64,000 bases of DNA from positions 21,399 through 85,398 of the forward strand of contig CAZHER010000003.1 in NCBI GenBank assembly GCA_964532005.1. The letters are read 5' to 3'. A program made the translations under genes and the position numbers. The stretch comes from an uncultured Candidatus Saccharibacteria bacterium. Lineage in GTDB: Bacteria > Patescibacteriota > Doudnabacteria > UBA920. The stretch's first letter is position 1; every line of letters begins with the position of its first letter. A model generated the notes under the pieces. That model was not told where the DNA came from and ran no database searches. It saw only the letters and a list, made by a program, of their open reading frames with translations. Shown in pieces: positions 1-8,685 of the stretch.

Positions 1-312
1 TAAAAATAAAAGCTTATCGAAGTTATGTACGGCAAGCAAATAATGGTTTCCGAGCTCAGTATTCAGGTGCTTAATGGCGTCATAAATCTTTGGGCTTTTA
101 CGCAAAATTTCAAATTCAATACCCAGCATATCAGAGTGTTGAGTAATTGTACCGTCCAGTAAACTGACTCTAACGTAAGTATTAAAAAAGTTTTTTTCGA
201 GGAGATTATCTTTGTCTAAGACCACCGCAGACAGTTGTATAATATTGTCCTTATCCGGATCAGGTCCAGTAGTTTCAATATCTAAAAGTAAAATATCTTT
301 TATAAATTTCAT
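1..312 (-). CDS. DEDDh 3'-5' exonuclease (DnaQ-like), runs off the left edge
   Basis: Manual translation from the ATG at 312: MKFIKDILLLDIETTGPDPDKDNIIQLSAV...LAVHNF. ExoI DIETTG motif and an ExoII-like HN; start overlaps the def TGA stop (ATGA). Confidence 0.8.
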   Translation of the reverse strand, partial: MKFIKDILLLDIETTGPDPDKDNIIQLSAVVLDKDNLLEKNFFNTYVRVSLLDGTITQHSDMLGIEFEILRKSPKIYDAIKHLNTELGNHYLLAVHNFDKLLFL

Positions 313-800
313 GGCTGGTATTTAGAAATTAGTTCTTGACCTTGGGTTATTTTATCAAACTTGTCTATTATAAGAGTATTATTTAGGTGGTCGATTTCGT
401 GCTGAATTACTCTAGCTAAAAATGTATCATCAGTGACTGTAAATTGTTTTCCTTCGATATCGTATGCTGTCATGGTGATTTTTTTGGGCCTTGTGACATG
501 GCCAAACACTCCCGGCATCGACAAACAGCCTTCTTCCATTGCTTCAGTTTCTTCCGATGTTTCCGTTATGATCGGATTTATTATGGGCATTCCACCAAGG
601 CCCGCCTCGGGAAGGTAGATTAAAGCCAGATCCAGACTTTCGCTCACCTGCGGCGCGGCCAAACCCACTCCGTTGGCAGCTTTGACTGTTTTTACCATAT
701 TATGTAAAAGACGAATATCTGACTTTTTTAGTGGAAACTGGATTTTTGTTACCGGGCGTCTCAGTACTTGGGCCGGTAGTTTGGCTATTTGTAAGATCAT
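309..800 (-). CDS. def: Peptide deformylase
   Basis: GVGLAAPQV, EGCLS and QHEIDHL motifs. Confidence 0.97.
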   Translation of the reverse strand: MILQIAKLPAQVLRRPVTKIQFPLKKSDIRLLHNMVKTVKAANGVGLAAPQVSESLDLALIYLPEAGLGGMPIINPIITETSEETEAMEEGCLSMPGVFGHVTRPKKITMTAYDIEGKQFTVTDDTFLARVIQHEIDHLNNTLIIDKFDKITQGQELISKYQP

Positions 801-1084
801 TATCCCGATTTGTCCTGTTTAAGTTCTTCGTTTCGTTTTTTGATTAAATATGCAAAAAGCTTGCCCGGAGTTTTAACGGATTTATTTTCCAATACTTCAC
901 CAGCCAGACGTCTTAAAACATTATGGTCATGCAACCCAGCTTGTTTTAAATAAAATCCGAAATGCTTCGGATCGTTAAATTTTCGGCTCAGCTCATCTGC
1001 CAAAAGGTGGTCGGGGGAGTGCAGATACTGATTTTTGACAGGCTTAGTCAGTTTGTTTGTAAATTTATTTTCAACTTTTTCCAT
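800..1084 (-). CDS. Small hypothetical protein
   Basis: 94-aa ORF coupled to def; helical, ends TPGKLFAYLIK; no recognisable catalytic motif. Confidence 0.7.
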   Translation of the reverse strand: MEKVENKFTNKLTKPVKNQYLHSPDHLLADELSRKFNDPKHFGFYLKQAGLHDHNVLRRLAGEVLENKSVKTPGKLFAYLIKKRNEELKQDKSG

Positions 1085-1148
1085 ATGCTTATTATAACTT
1101 ATTTATATAGTGGGCAAAAGCCCAAATTTTCAGTATAATTAATGCTGT

Positions 1149-1979
1149 ATGTTCAATTATAGCGTTTCAAAAATTACTGCTATAGCAATTGTATTATCTC
1201 TCACAGGCATAGCCTGGGTGCAGCGGGACGCCCTAGCTGAACTGTTGATCCGCATGGGCGGTTTTTCAGGGTTTCAGCGCGTACTAAACTTCGTTCATAA
1301 AGACACAATCCTACCTGAACCATTAAGCTATATTAGCTCGGGACAGATGGGGGATTTGACCGTACAAGGAGTGATACAAGAAACCAATTCTCAGCGTGAC
1401 AAGAAAGGTTTGCCGCCGCTACGCGAAAATTTGCAATTAGACAAATCCGCTCGTTTAAAAATGCAAGACATGTTTAACAAGCAATATTTTGAGCATGAAT
1501 CGCCAGATGGCAAAGGTCCTTCCGACTTGGCTGATGAAGTTGGCTACGAGTACTTAATGGTGGGTGAAAATTTAGCAGAAGGCAGTTTTCAGAGTGATCT
1601 TGATTTGGTTCAAGCATGGATGGACAGCCCCGGACATAGAGCAAATATTTTACATAATAAGTTTCAGGAAATAGGCGTTGCCGTGGGTAAGGGAAAATTT
1701 GAAGGACGAACTGTCTGGATAGCTGTTCAGAGTTTTGGAGTACCAGCTTCGGTATGCATACACCCTTCCAACTCAAGTCAGCAAAAAATATCTCAAAATA
1801 ATAAAAGGATCAGTGAATTGAAGAATCAGGCAGATGTTGCCAAGCAAATCGGTGATGTTGAGGAATATAATAATTATGCTACTCAAATAAATCAACTGGT
1901 CTCAGAAACAAAAATATTGGTTAACCAGTACAATGACAGTGTTGATGTTTATAATTCTTGTTTGGAGGCAAATTCCTAA
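1149..1979 (+). CDS. CAP (SCP) domain protein, N-terminally anchored, with C-terminal coiled coil
   Basis: TN.QR...L..L, YFEH.SPDG, GENLA and WMDSPGHRANIL motifs. Confidence 0.93.
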   Translation: MFNYSVSKITAIAIVLSLTGIAWVQRDALAELLIRMGGFSGFQRVLNFVHKDTILPEPLSYISSGQMGDLTVQGVIQETNSQRDKKGLPPLRENLQLDKSARLKMQDMFNKQYFEHESPDGKGPSDLADEVGYEYLMVGENLAEGSFQSDLDLVQAWMDSPGHRANILHNKFQEIGVAVGKGKFEGRTVWIAVQSFGVPASVCIHPSNSSQQKISQNNKRISELKNQADVAKQIGDVEEYNNYATQINQLVSETKILVNQYNDSVDVYNSCLEANS

Positions 1980-2803
1980 TGGCTCGCGTTTCTATTGCTG
2001 GTTTAATGGTCGATACTGACCCGGCAGAAGCAATTTTTCATAAGATACGTTTGCGTCTGCGAGAAAACAAAAAAACTTTTATGGTGACGCCCTATTCAGA
2101 ATTTCTATACGCTGCTATGCAGGACAAGGCAATTATGGGTTTGCTTAATACAGCTGATATTTCTGTTCCAGACGGAATAGCGATTGTGTTAGCCAGAGCA
2201 TTTTTGCAGAAACCTTTGAGTTTTAAGAATCGATTATTGAAACAAATGCAAGGGTGGTGGCAGATGTATTGGCTAGGCATGGGGCTTTTGTTTTCCAGAA
2301 AAAAAGTTTATGGTCCGTTTAGTTCAAAAGTTGTCGGAGCAGATTTCGTATGGAAAATCGCTGAAGCAGCAGCACTCGAGAAGAAATCTATTTATGTTTT
2401 GGGAGGATTCGGTGATACACCTAAGATAACCGCGGAAAAATTACAGGAAAAATTTCCCGATCTTAATATAGCAGGATTTTCTAACAAACCTAAGACCGAT
2501 CAATCTCTTGTTGCTGACATACAGTCTGCACGACCAGATATTCTGTTGGTCGGTTTTGGTCCCATAGTACAGGAGCGGTGGATCAAATCCCACTGGGATA
2601 ATTTGCCAATATCGCTAGCAGTTGGTTTGGGGGGGACTTTCGACTATATAGCAGGAGCAAAGTCTGCTCCTCCTCGCATTATGAGAAGCTTAGGTCTGGA
2701 ATGGCTATATAGGCTATTTACCCAGCCTTCACGCGCAGGAAGGATTAAAAATGCCACTTTTGGCTTAGTTAAGGCTTTGATTAACTTCAAGGCTTCTGTA
2801 TAA
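1979..2803 (+). CDS. WecB/TagA/CpsF family glycosyltransferase
   Basis: VPDG, GADF, VGFGP.QE.WI, GLGGTFD and LGLEWLYRL motifs. Start moved to the ATG at 1979, which overlaps the upstream stop. Confidence 0.92.
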   Translation: MARVSIAGLMVDTDPAEAIFHKIRLRLRENKKTFMVTPYSEFLYAAMQDKAIMGLLNTADISVPDGIAIVLARAFLQKPLSFKNRLLKQMQGWWQMYWLGMGLLFSRKKVYGPFSSKVVGADFVWKIAEAAALEKKSIYVLGGFGDTPKITAEKLQEKFPDLNIAGFSNKPKTDQSLVADIQSARPDILLVGFGPIVQERWIKSHWDNLPISLAVGLGGTFDYIAGAKSAPPRIMRSLGLEWLYRLFTQPSRAGRIKNATFGLVKALINFKASV

Positions 2804-2825
2804 TAAACTGTAACTCACAAAATTT

Positions 2826-4343
2826 ATGATAGAGACAGGATCTAAAATTAGAACCCGATTTGCTCCAAGCCCCACAGGTCATATTCATGTTGGAAATTTC
2901 CGTACCGCATTGTTTGCATTCTTGTTTGCCCGCCACAATTCCGGAGTGAACGTCCTTCGTATTGAAGATACAGATCAAAACCGCCTCGTAGAGGGAGCGG
3001 TTGAAAGTTTACTTTCGGTTATGCGGAATATGGGAGTGGAGTTTGATGAAGGGTATCACTTAAAAGAAGACGGCAGTCTGGAAACCAGAGGTGAGTATGG
3101 GCCCTACGTTCAGTCGCAAAGGTTGGATATTTACCATAAGTACGTTCAAGATTTAATTGATGGAGGGTATGCTTACTACTGTTTTTGCAGTAGCGAGCGT
3201 TTAGATGAAATTCGCAAAGAACAGATTGCTTTAAAGAAGCCACCGATGTATGACAGGCATTGCCGGAATCTTGCTAAAGAAGAGGTTGGGTCAAAAATTG
3301 CTGAACTAAAATCCGAAGGCAAAAACCCTGTGGTGAGACAGGCAATACCAACAGAAGGACAGACCGTAGTGCACGACATTATTTACGGCGATATTACTTT
3401 TGACAATTCAATATTAGATGACCAAGTAATTTTGAAATCCGATGGTTACCCCACTTATCATTTAGCTGTTGTTGTGGACGATCATTTTATGGAAATTTCT
3501 CACGTTATCCGCGGTGAGGATTGGATTAATTCTACCCCAAAACACGTATTGCTGTATCAGGCTTTCGGTTGGCAACCGACAATATTTGCACATGTACCAA
3601 ATATTTTGAATCAGGACAAAACAAAGCTTTCAAAAAGACAGGGGGATGTAACTGTTGAGGACTTTCTTGCTAAAGGGTATCTAAAAGAAGCTTTGGTAAA
3701 TTTTGTCGCCTTTTTAGGTTGGAATCCAAAGACAGAACAAGAACTGTTTTCTATGGAAGACTTGATTCGAGAATTTGACCTCGCTAAAGTTAACCGCGCT
3801 GGTGCAGTATTCGACCAAAATAAACTTGATTGGATGAACGGCTTGTATATTAGAAGCAAGACCAACACAGAATTGGTGGACATGGTTCAGTCATTTTGGA
3901 AAAATAGCGGCGTAGATGTGGAAAAATATAGCAAGGAATATTTAGAGGGTATAGTATCGTTAGAAAAAGAGCGGATGAAAAAGCTATCCGATATCACAGA
4001 CAGTACCTCGTACTTTTTTAGTAGGCCAAAAGTAGCAAGTAATTTGCTTGTGTGGAGAAAAAGTAATTCTGAACAAACAGGCAAGGTATTGCAGGATCTT
4101 GTTCGGTTTTTCGATCAGACTGATGATACAGATTTTGTGAAAGAGACACTAGAGTTGAAATTAAAAGTTTTTATCGAAACTAACAACTATGACAATGGTA
4201 CAGTGCTGTGGCCTTTGAGATATGCTTTAACTGGTATGGAAAAAAGTCCTGGGCCTTTTGAAGTTGCCTCCGTGCTTCATTTAGGCTTAGGAAAACAAGA
4301 GATTATTGAACGTTTAAAACTAGCTGAGCAATCTTTGTCGTAA
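2826..4343 (+). CDS. gltX: Glutamate--tRNA ligase
   Basis: RFAPSPTG HIGH-like motif (HVGN), RIEDTD, KLSKR. Confidence 0.98.
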   Translation: MIETGSKIRTRFAPSPTGHIHVGNFRTALFAFLFARHNSGVNVLRIEDTDQNRLVEGAVESLLSVMRNMGVEFDEGYHLKEDGSLETRGEYGPYVQSQRLDIYHKYVQDLIDGGYAYYCFCSSERLDEIRKEQIALKKPPMYDRHCRNLAKEEVGSKIAELKSEGKNPVVRQAIPTEGQTVVHDIIYGDITFDNSILDDQVILKSDGYPTYHLAVVVDDHFMEISHVIRGEDWINSTPKHVLLYQAFGWQPTIFAHVPNILNQDKTKLSKRQGDVTVEDFLAKGYLKEALVNFVAFLGWNPKTEQELFSMEDLIREFDLAKVNRAGAVFDQNKLDWMNGLYIRSKTNTELVDMVQSFWKNSGVDVEKYSKEYLEGIVSLEKERMKKLSDITDSTSYFFSRPKVASNLLVWRKSNSEQTGKVLQDLVRFFDQTDDTDFVKETLELKLKVFIETNNYDNGTVLWPLRYALTGMEKSPGPFEVASVLHLGLGKQEIIERLKLAEQSLS

Positions 4344-4386
4344 ATTTGGCTAAAACTTCAGTTTTGTGCTATAATGTTGCCATAAT

Positions 4387-5673
4387 ATGAAGAAAAGCCA
4401 TAAAGAAATAAAAACAAAAATATTATATTCTGCCATCTCGGTCGGTCTTATATTTGGGGCCGGTTTTTTGGTTTTTAATTCAGTTTCAGCAGAAACAAGA
4501 CAACAATTACAAGACAAGCTCAGCAACCTTAACAGTAAAATAGGGGAGCTGACCCAAAATGTAAATCGGTTACGCCAACAGGGAGCCACTTTAAAAAACG
4601 AAATTGAGATATATGATTCTCAGATTGCTTCTACAGAATTGGAAATTCAAGCTAACAACACCAGGATTGCAGATATCACCTTGCAGATAGAAGATATCCA
4701 GGTACAGATAGAAAGGAGAGAAAAGGAAATTGCGGATAACAGGAAAATTTTAGCAGAGCTGGTGGTTCAACTGAATGAATTAGACAACAACACTTTTTTG
4801 ACCATGACTTTGGGAAGCGATAATTTTTCATCTTTCTTAGACCAAGTGCAATACACGAAAAGCGTAAATCAGCAGGTGTACGATCTGGTTCAGAAAATAA
4901 AAGATGTAAAACAAAAATTGGAAGATCAGCAAAAAGAACTGAAAGCCCAATTACAGCGCTTAAGCGAACTAAAAGAGGAATTAGAACAAAATCAAGCAGC
5001 TTTAGACGAGCAACGTTCCTCAAAGCAAACCTTGTTAAGTCAAACCCAGGGACAAGAGGGCAAGTATCAAAAAGCTTTAGCTGCCAGCCGCAATGAGCAA
5101 GCTGATGTTCTTCAGGAAATTCAAGGTTTGGATGCGAAAGCTCGAGGTAGCGGGAGCAAAAGTATTGCTGCAAGCAAAGGTGTGCTGGCTTGGCCGATGG
5201 AAGGGGTAATGACTCAAGGATACGGCAACACCGGCTTTACTTCTTTGGGCTATAATTTTCATAACGGTATAGATATTGCAGCTCCTGCTGGCAGGCCAAT
5301 TTACGTTCCGGCAGATGGTACGGTGGTTCGCTGTGCTGGCGGAGCTGCCGCATACGGCAACTGGTGTACTATCAAGCACACCATCGCTACTAAGTCTGGA
5401 AACAGACAAATAGTTACTTTGTTTGCCCATATGACAAAATATGTTTTATCCGGCGGACAAACTGTCAAACGAGGAGACCTGGTCGGTTATGAAGGGAATA
5501 CCGGGAACACCTCTCGTTTGTTGTACGGCCCTGACCGAGGGTATCATTTGCATTTTAGTGTTTTTGATGCAGACGGATTCACCATTACGCCAGGAAAATA
5601 TTCAGCAACTTATGGTCCTTATTTCGTGCCAAGCGGATATACGTATAATCCTTTAGACTTTTTAGGAAAATAA
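4387..5673 (+). CDS. Coiled-coil M23 family murein endopeptidase (PcsB/EnvC-like architecture, catalytic motifs intact)
   Basis: Signal/anchor, long coiled coil, then HNGID and HLHF zinc-binding motifs and YNPLDFL. Confidence 0.92.
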   Translation: MKKSHKEIKTKILYSAISVGLIFGAGFLVFNSVSAETRQQLQDKLSNLNSKIGELTQNVNRLRQQGATLKNEIEIYDSQIASTELEIQANNTRIADITLQIEDIQVQIERREKEIADNRKILAELVVQLNELDNNTFLTMTLGSDNFSSFLDQVQYTKSVNQQVYDLVQKIKDVKQKLEDQQKELKAQLQRLSELKEELEQNQAALDEQRSSKQTLLSQTQGQEGKYQKALAASRNEQADVLQEIQGLDAKARGSGSKSIAASKGVLAWPMEGVMTQGYGNTGFTSLGYNFHNGIDIAAPAGRPIYVPADGTVVRCAGGAAAYGNWCTIKHTIATKSGNRQIVTLFAHMTKYVLSGGQTVKRGDLVGYEGNTGNTSRLLYGPDRGYHLHFSVFDADGFTITPGKYSATYGPYFVPSGYTYNPLDFLGK

Positions 5674-5678
5674 CATAG

Positions 5679-6869
5679 ATGACACAAAAACAAAAAATTT
5701 ATAAGCTGGCTTTGGGAACAGCTTTGCTGTCTTTGCAGTTTTTGTTTTTTGTACCAGGTGCTGAGGCTCAAAACAACACCCCCACCAACAGCACTCCAGC
5801 AAATGAGCAAGGAAGATATGTAGGCAGGGGAGTGGAAGCTTCTATTCGCAGGCTTTTGTGTGCTCCTTCTGATTCATCAAGCGTACCAACCACCAATGGC
5901 GCAGTTGGTACCACAGTAGCCAAGGGAAGCAGCTCATCTCAAGACCTTTCCAACTGTATCAACAGGGGATATCGCTTTGCCCTAGCTTTCGGAGCAGTAG
6001 CTGCAGTATTCTTTTTTGTTCTTGCAGGGTATATGTACATGGTAGGTGGAGAAAATGGCAAACATGAAGCCAAGAACGTAATTATCTCTGTTATTGTTGG
6101 TTTTCTCATTATGTTATCTTCCTTTGTCCTGTTGCAACAAATCAATCCCACCTTAGTTTCCTTCCGCACCATTCAACCACCTCAGCTGGGGGGACAATAC
6201 TCACTCTTGCCTTCTTGTAGTGATTTAAAGCTTGGTATTGGTGAAGATTGTCAATTTGAGGATGGTTCGCCAGGAGTAAGCAACGGAAATGGCGGTGGCA
6301 TGACTCCACAAGGCGGGACAATGACTGGCAAAAGCGGCAAAGTGTGTAGTATGGGGAAAGACGAAGATTTGCAAACCCATGCTAAATGTAGCTTAGACTC
6401 GCGTTTGGAAAATGCATTTCAGGCTGCGGCTCGTGAGACAGGGATTGACGCTAATTTTATGAAAGCCATTGCTACAAAAGAGAGTCATTGGGATGAGTCC
6501 GCTATAAGTTGGACTAGATGCTGCAAGGGTCTTATGCAAATGTCAGACGCCACAGCAGCAAGATTTGGCTGTACTGGAAACGATTGGAAAACCAAAGGGG
6601 AAGTTATTATTCCTTGCGCAGCACGATATATGAAATATTTACGCGATAAATACGCTGGGAATGATTATGTTAAAATTGCTGCAGGTTATAACGCAGGTGA
6701 AGGCAGGTTGTCCCCAAGTCCGAATTGTCCTGGTATGGTAGTGGCTCTCTGCCCATTCAGAGACGCCGCCCAAACTGCTTGCATAGTGGGTGTAAATTCT
6801 TTAGAGCAGACGCGAAATTACGTTGTCACAGTGGCCAGATTTTATAATGAATATAAACAATGTCGATAA
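5679..6869 (+). CDS. CPR-type (VirB2/TrbC-like) pilin fused to a C-terminal lytic transglycosylase (SLT) domain
   Basis: Signal peptide (AEA-Q); two-TM hairpin ...AGYMYMVGG...AKNVI...INPTL; SLT motifs KES, GLMQ, YNAG, TRNYV. Confidence 0.85.
   Translation: MTQKQKIYKLALGTALLSLQFLFFVPGAEAQNNTPTNSTPANEQGRYVGRGVEASIRRLLCAPSDSSSVPTTNGAVGTTVAKGSSSSQDLSNCINRGYRFALAFGAVAAVFFFVLAGYMYMVGGENGKHEAKNVIISVIVGFLIMLSSFVLLQQINPTLVSFRTIQPPQLGGQYSLLPSCSDLKLGIGEDCQFEDGSPGVSNGNGGGMTPQGGTMTGKSGKVCSMGKDEDLQTHAKCSLDSRLENAFQAAARETGIDANFMKAIATKESHWDESAISWTRCCKGLMQMSDATAARFGCTGNDWKTKGEVIIPCAARYMKYLRDKYAGNDYVKIAAGYNAGEGRLSPSPNCPGMVVALCPFRDAAQTACIVGVNSLEQTRNYVVTVARFYNEYKQCR
5771..6193. repeat. 423-bp direct repeat, copy 1 (pilin module)
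   Basis: Read base by base against 7544-7966 with no mismatch seen; offset 1773 bp. Confidence 0.95.
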
Positions 6870-7417
6870 TCCAACAATATAAGATATACTTTGTAGCAGG
6901 TTTTATCCTAATTTTGTTAGGGGTTGTGGCCGCAGTATATATATTTAAAGATGATTTAAAATTTGGAACCAGTTCAACAACGAATAAAATAAAAGTTGAA
7001 GGGAAACAGACAGAGGAGACAAAAAAATTATCCGAGCAGTTAAATTACCCTGGTAGCCCGCAAAAAGAGATTTCCGAAGACTGGATTTATTATAAAACTG
7101 ACCAGGGTTCAATCCGGATTAAGAATTTTTTCCCAAAAGACTATGACCCTTCAACCACCAAGCCATTTTTGATTACTGATAATGCTGATTATAAAATTGA
7201 ATATATAGCCGATGGAGACATGTATGAGGTGACTCTTAAGAGTACCAAAGGTAACCTGCAACAACTTCGTCAGAAAGCTGAGCTGGAGCTGGTAAATAAA
7301 TTTGGCACAAATAAATCAGATATTTGCCAATTACCAATTTTTGTTTATGAAGAAAATATAGATGCTTATAGGCCGAACAAATATAATCTAGGCCTGACAT
7401 TTTGTCCTTTAAATTAG
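6860..7417 (+). CDS. Single-pass membrane-anchored hypothetical protein
   Basis: N-terminal TM helix, soluble domain ending in a Cys pair (DICQL...TFCP); overlaps the upstream stop. Confidence 0.8.
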   Translation: MSIIQQYKIYFVAGFILILLGVVAAVYIFKDDLKFGTSSTTNKIKVEGKQTEETKKLSEQLNYPGSPQKEISEDWIYYKTDQGSIRIKNFFPKDYDPSTTKPFLITDNADYKIEYIADGDMYEVTLKSTKGNLQQLRQKAELELVNKFGTNKSDICQLPIFVYEENIDAYRPNKYNLGLTFCPLN

Positions 7418-7427
7418 TTAAATCAAA

Positions 7428-8672
7428 ATGATGACAAAGAATAAATTATTTAAAAGTTTGTTATTAGGAGTATTATTACTTGGGATATTATTCTCATATT
7501 CTTCAATAGCACAAGCAGACATAATTCCCAATCCCGTTCCTACAAACAACACCCCCACCAACAGCACTCCAGCAAATGAGCAAGGAAGATATGTAGGCAG
7601 GGGAGTGGAAGCTTCTATTCGCAGGCTTTTGTGTGCTCCTTCTGATTCATCAAGCGTACCAACCACCAATGGCGCAGTTGGTACCACAGTAGCCAAGGGA
7701 AGCAGCTCATCTCAAGACCTTTCCAACTGTATCAACAGGGGATATCGCTTTGCCCTAGCTTTCGGAGCAGTAGCTGCAGTATTCTTTTTTGTTCTTGCAG
7801 GGTATATGTACATGGTAGGTGGAGAAAATGGCAAACATGAAGCCAAGAACGTAATTATCTCTGTTATTGTTGGTTTTCTCATTATGTTATCTTCCTTTGT
7901 CCTGTTGCAACAAATCAATCCCACCTTAGTTTCCTTCCGCACCATTCAACCACCTCAGCTGGGGGGCAATTATACCATTGCTTCTTGCAAGGAGTTAGGT
8001 TTGGGAGATGACTGTGGTAGTCCCTCGGGAGATAATGGACCAGCTGATCCGAACGAAAACAGCCCTGTTGGGGATGGCCAAGAAAAAAATGGGGTAGTAT
8101 ATGGAGGGGGACGCTACAGGAATTTCCCTAGATTTGCCCAGACAGATCCACCATGGGCTCCAAAGAAGTATGGTAGGCAGTCCGGGTGCAGTACATATTA
8201 TGACGGAGGCTGTGGCCCTTCTGCATTTGCTGCCATTGCCCAGTATTATTACCAAAATGGAGGGGCTAAAATTTCACCCGACATCGCTTCTAAATATGGA
8301 AATCAAATTAATCCATTCACAGTCGGTGAATATGCAGTTGACAAGGGCCAAAGGGCTTGTCCCGGTGGTTCTTACGGGACGTTGGCTGCAACTGTAGCGC
8401 CAGCTTTTGGTTTAAAGGCGCAGCCAGCAGGATGGGGTACGATTGTTACAAATCTTGAAAAGGGCGTACCAGCTTGGGTTTCAATGGGAGGACTACCTTT
8501 TACTACGGGCGGACATTTTATTGTGTTAATTGCCAAAAAAGGAGATGAGATATACATTGTAGATAGTTATAAAAGAAATATTACTAGAGCAAAAGCTAGT
8601 ATAGTGCAAGCCCACTTCAAATATGGCTCTGTTGTCACATCGCCAACATTTACTCCACCAGTGCCAAATTAG
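7428..8672 (+). CDS. CPR-type pilin fused to a C39-like cysteine peptidase domain
   Basis: Own signal peptide, identical pilin module, then Q.DPPW...GCGP (Cys), GHFIVL (His) and IVDS (Asp). Confidence 0.85.
   Translation: MMTKNKLFKSLLLGVLLLGILFSYSSIAQADIIPNPVPTNNTPTNSTPANEQGRYVGRGVEASIRRLLCAPSDSSSVPTTNGAVGTTVAKGSSSSQDLSNCINRGYRFALAFGAVAAVFFFVLAGYMYMVGGENGKHEAKNVIISVIVGFLIMLSSFVLLQQINPTLVSFRTIQPPQLGGNYTIASCKELGLGDDCGSPSGDNGPADPNENSPVGDGQEKNGVVYGGGRYRNFPRFAQTDPPWAPKKYGRQSGCSTYYDGGCGPSAFAAIAQYYYQNGGAKISPDIASKYGNQINPFTVGEYAVDKGQRACPGGSYGTLAATVAPAFGLKAQPAGWGTIVTNLEKGVPAWVSMGGLPFTTGGHFIVLIAKKGDEIYIVDSYKRNITRAKASIVQAHFKYGSVVTSPTFTPPVPN
7544..7966. repeat. 423-bp direct repeat, copy 2 (pilin module)
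   Basis: Identical to 5771-6193; the ORF track also shows identical antisense ORFs at 5939-6172 and 7712-7945. Confidence 0.95.
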
Positions 8673-8685
8673 TCATGTTAAATAT

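Noticed and set aside
5939-7945. Identical 77-aa antisense ORFs at 5939-6172 and 7712-7945
   Set aside because: Shadows of the duplicated pilin module, not genes.
5771-7966. Diversity-generating retroelement TR/VR pair
   Set aside because: The copies are identical with no adenine-specific mismatches, both are coding, and no reverse transcriptase lies in the window.
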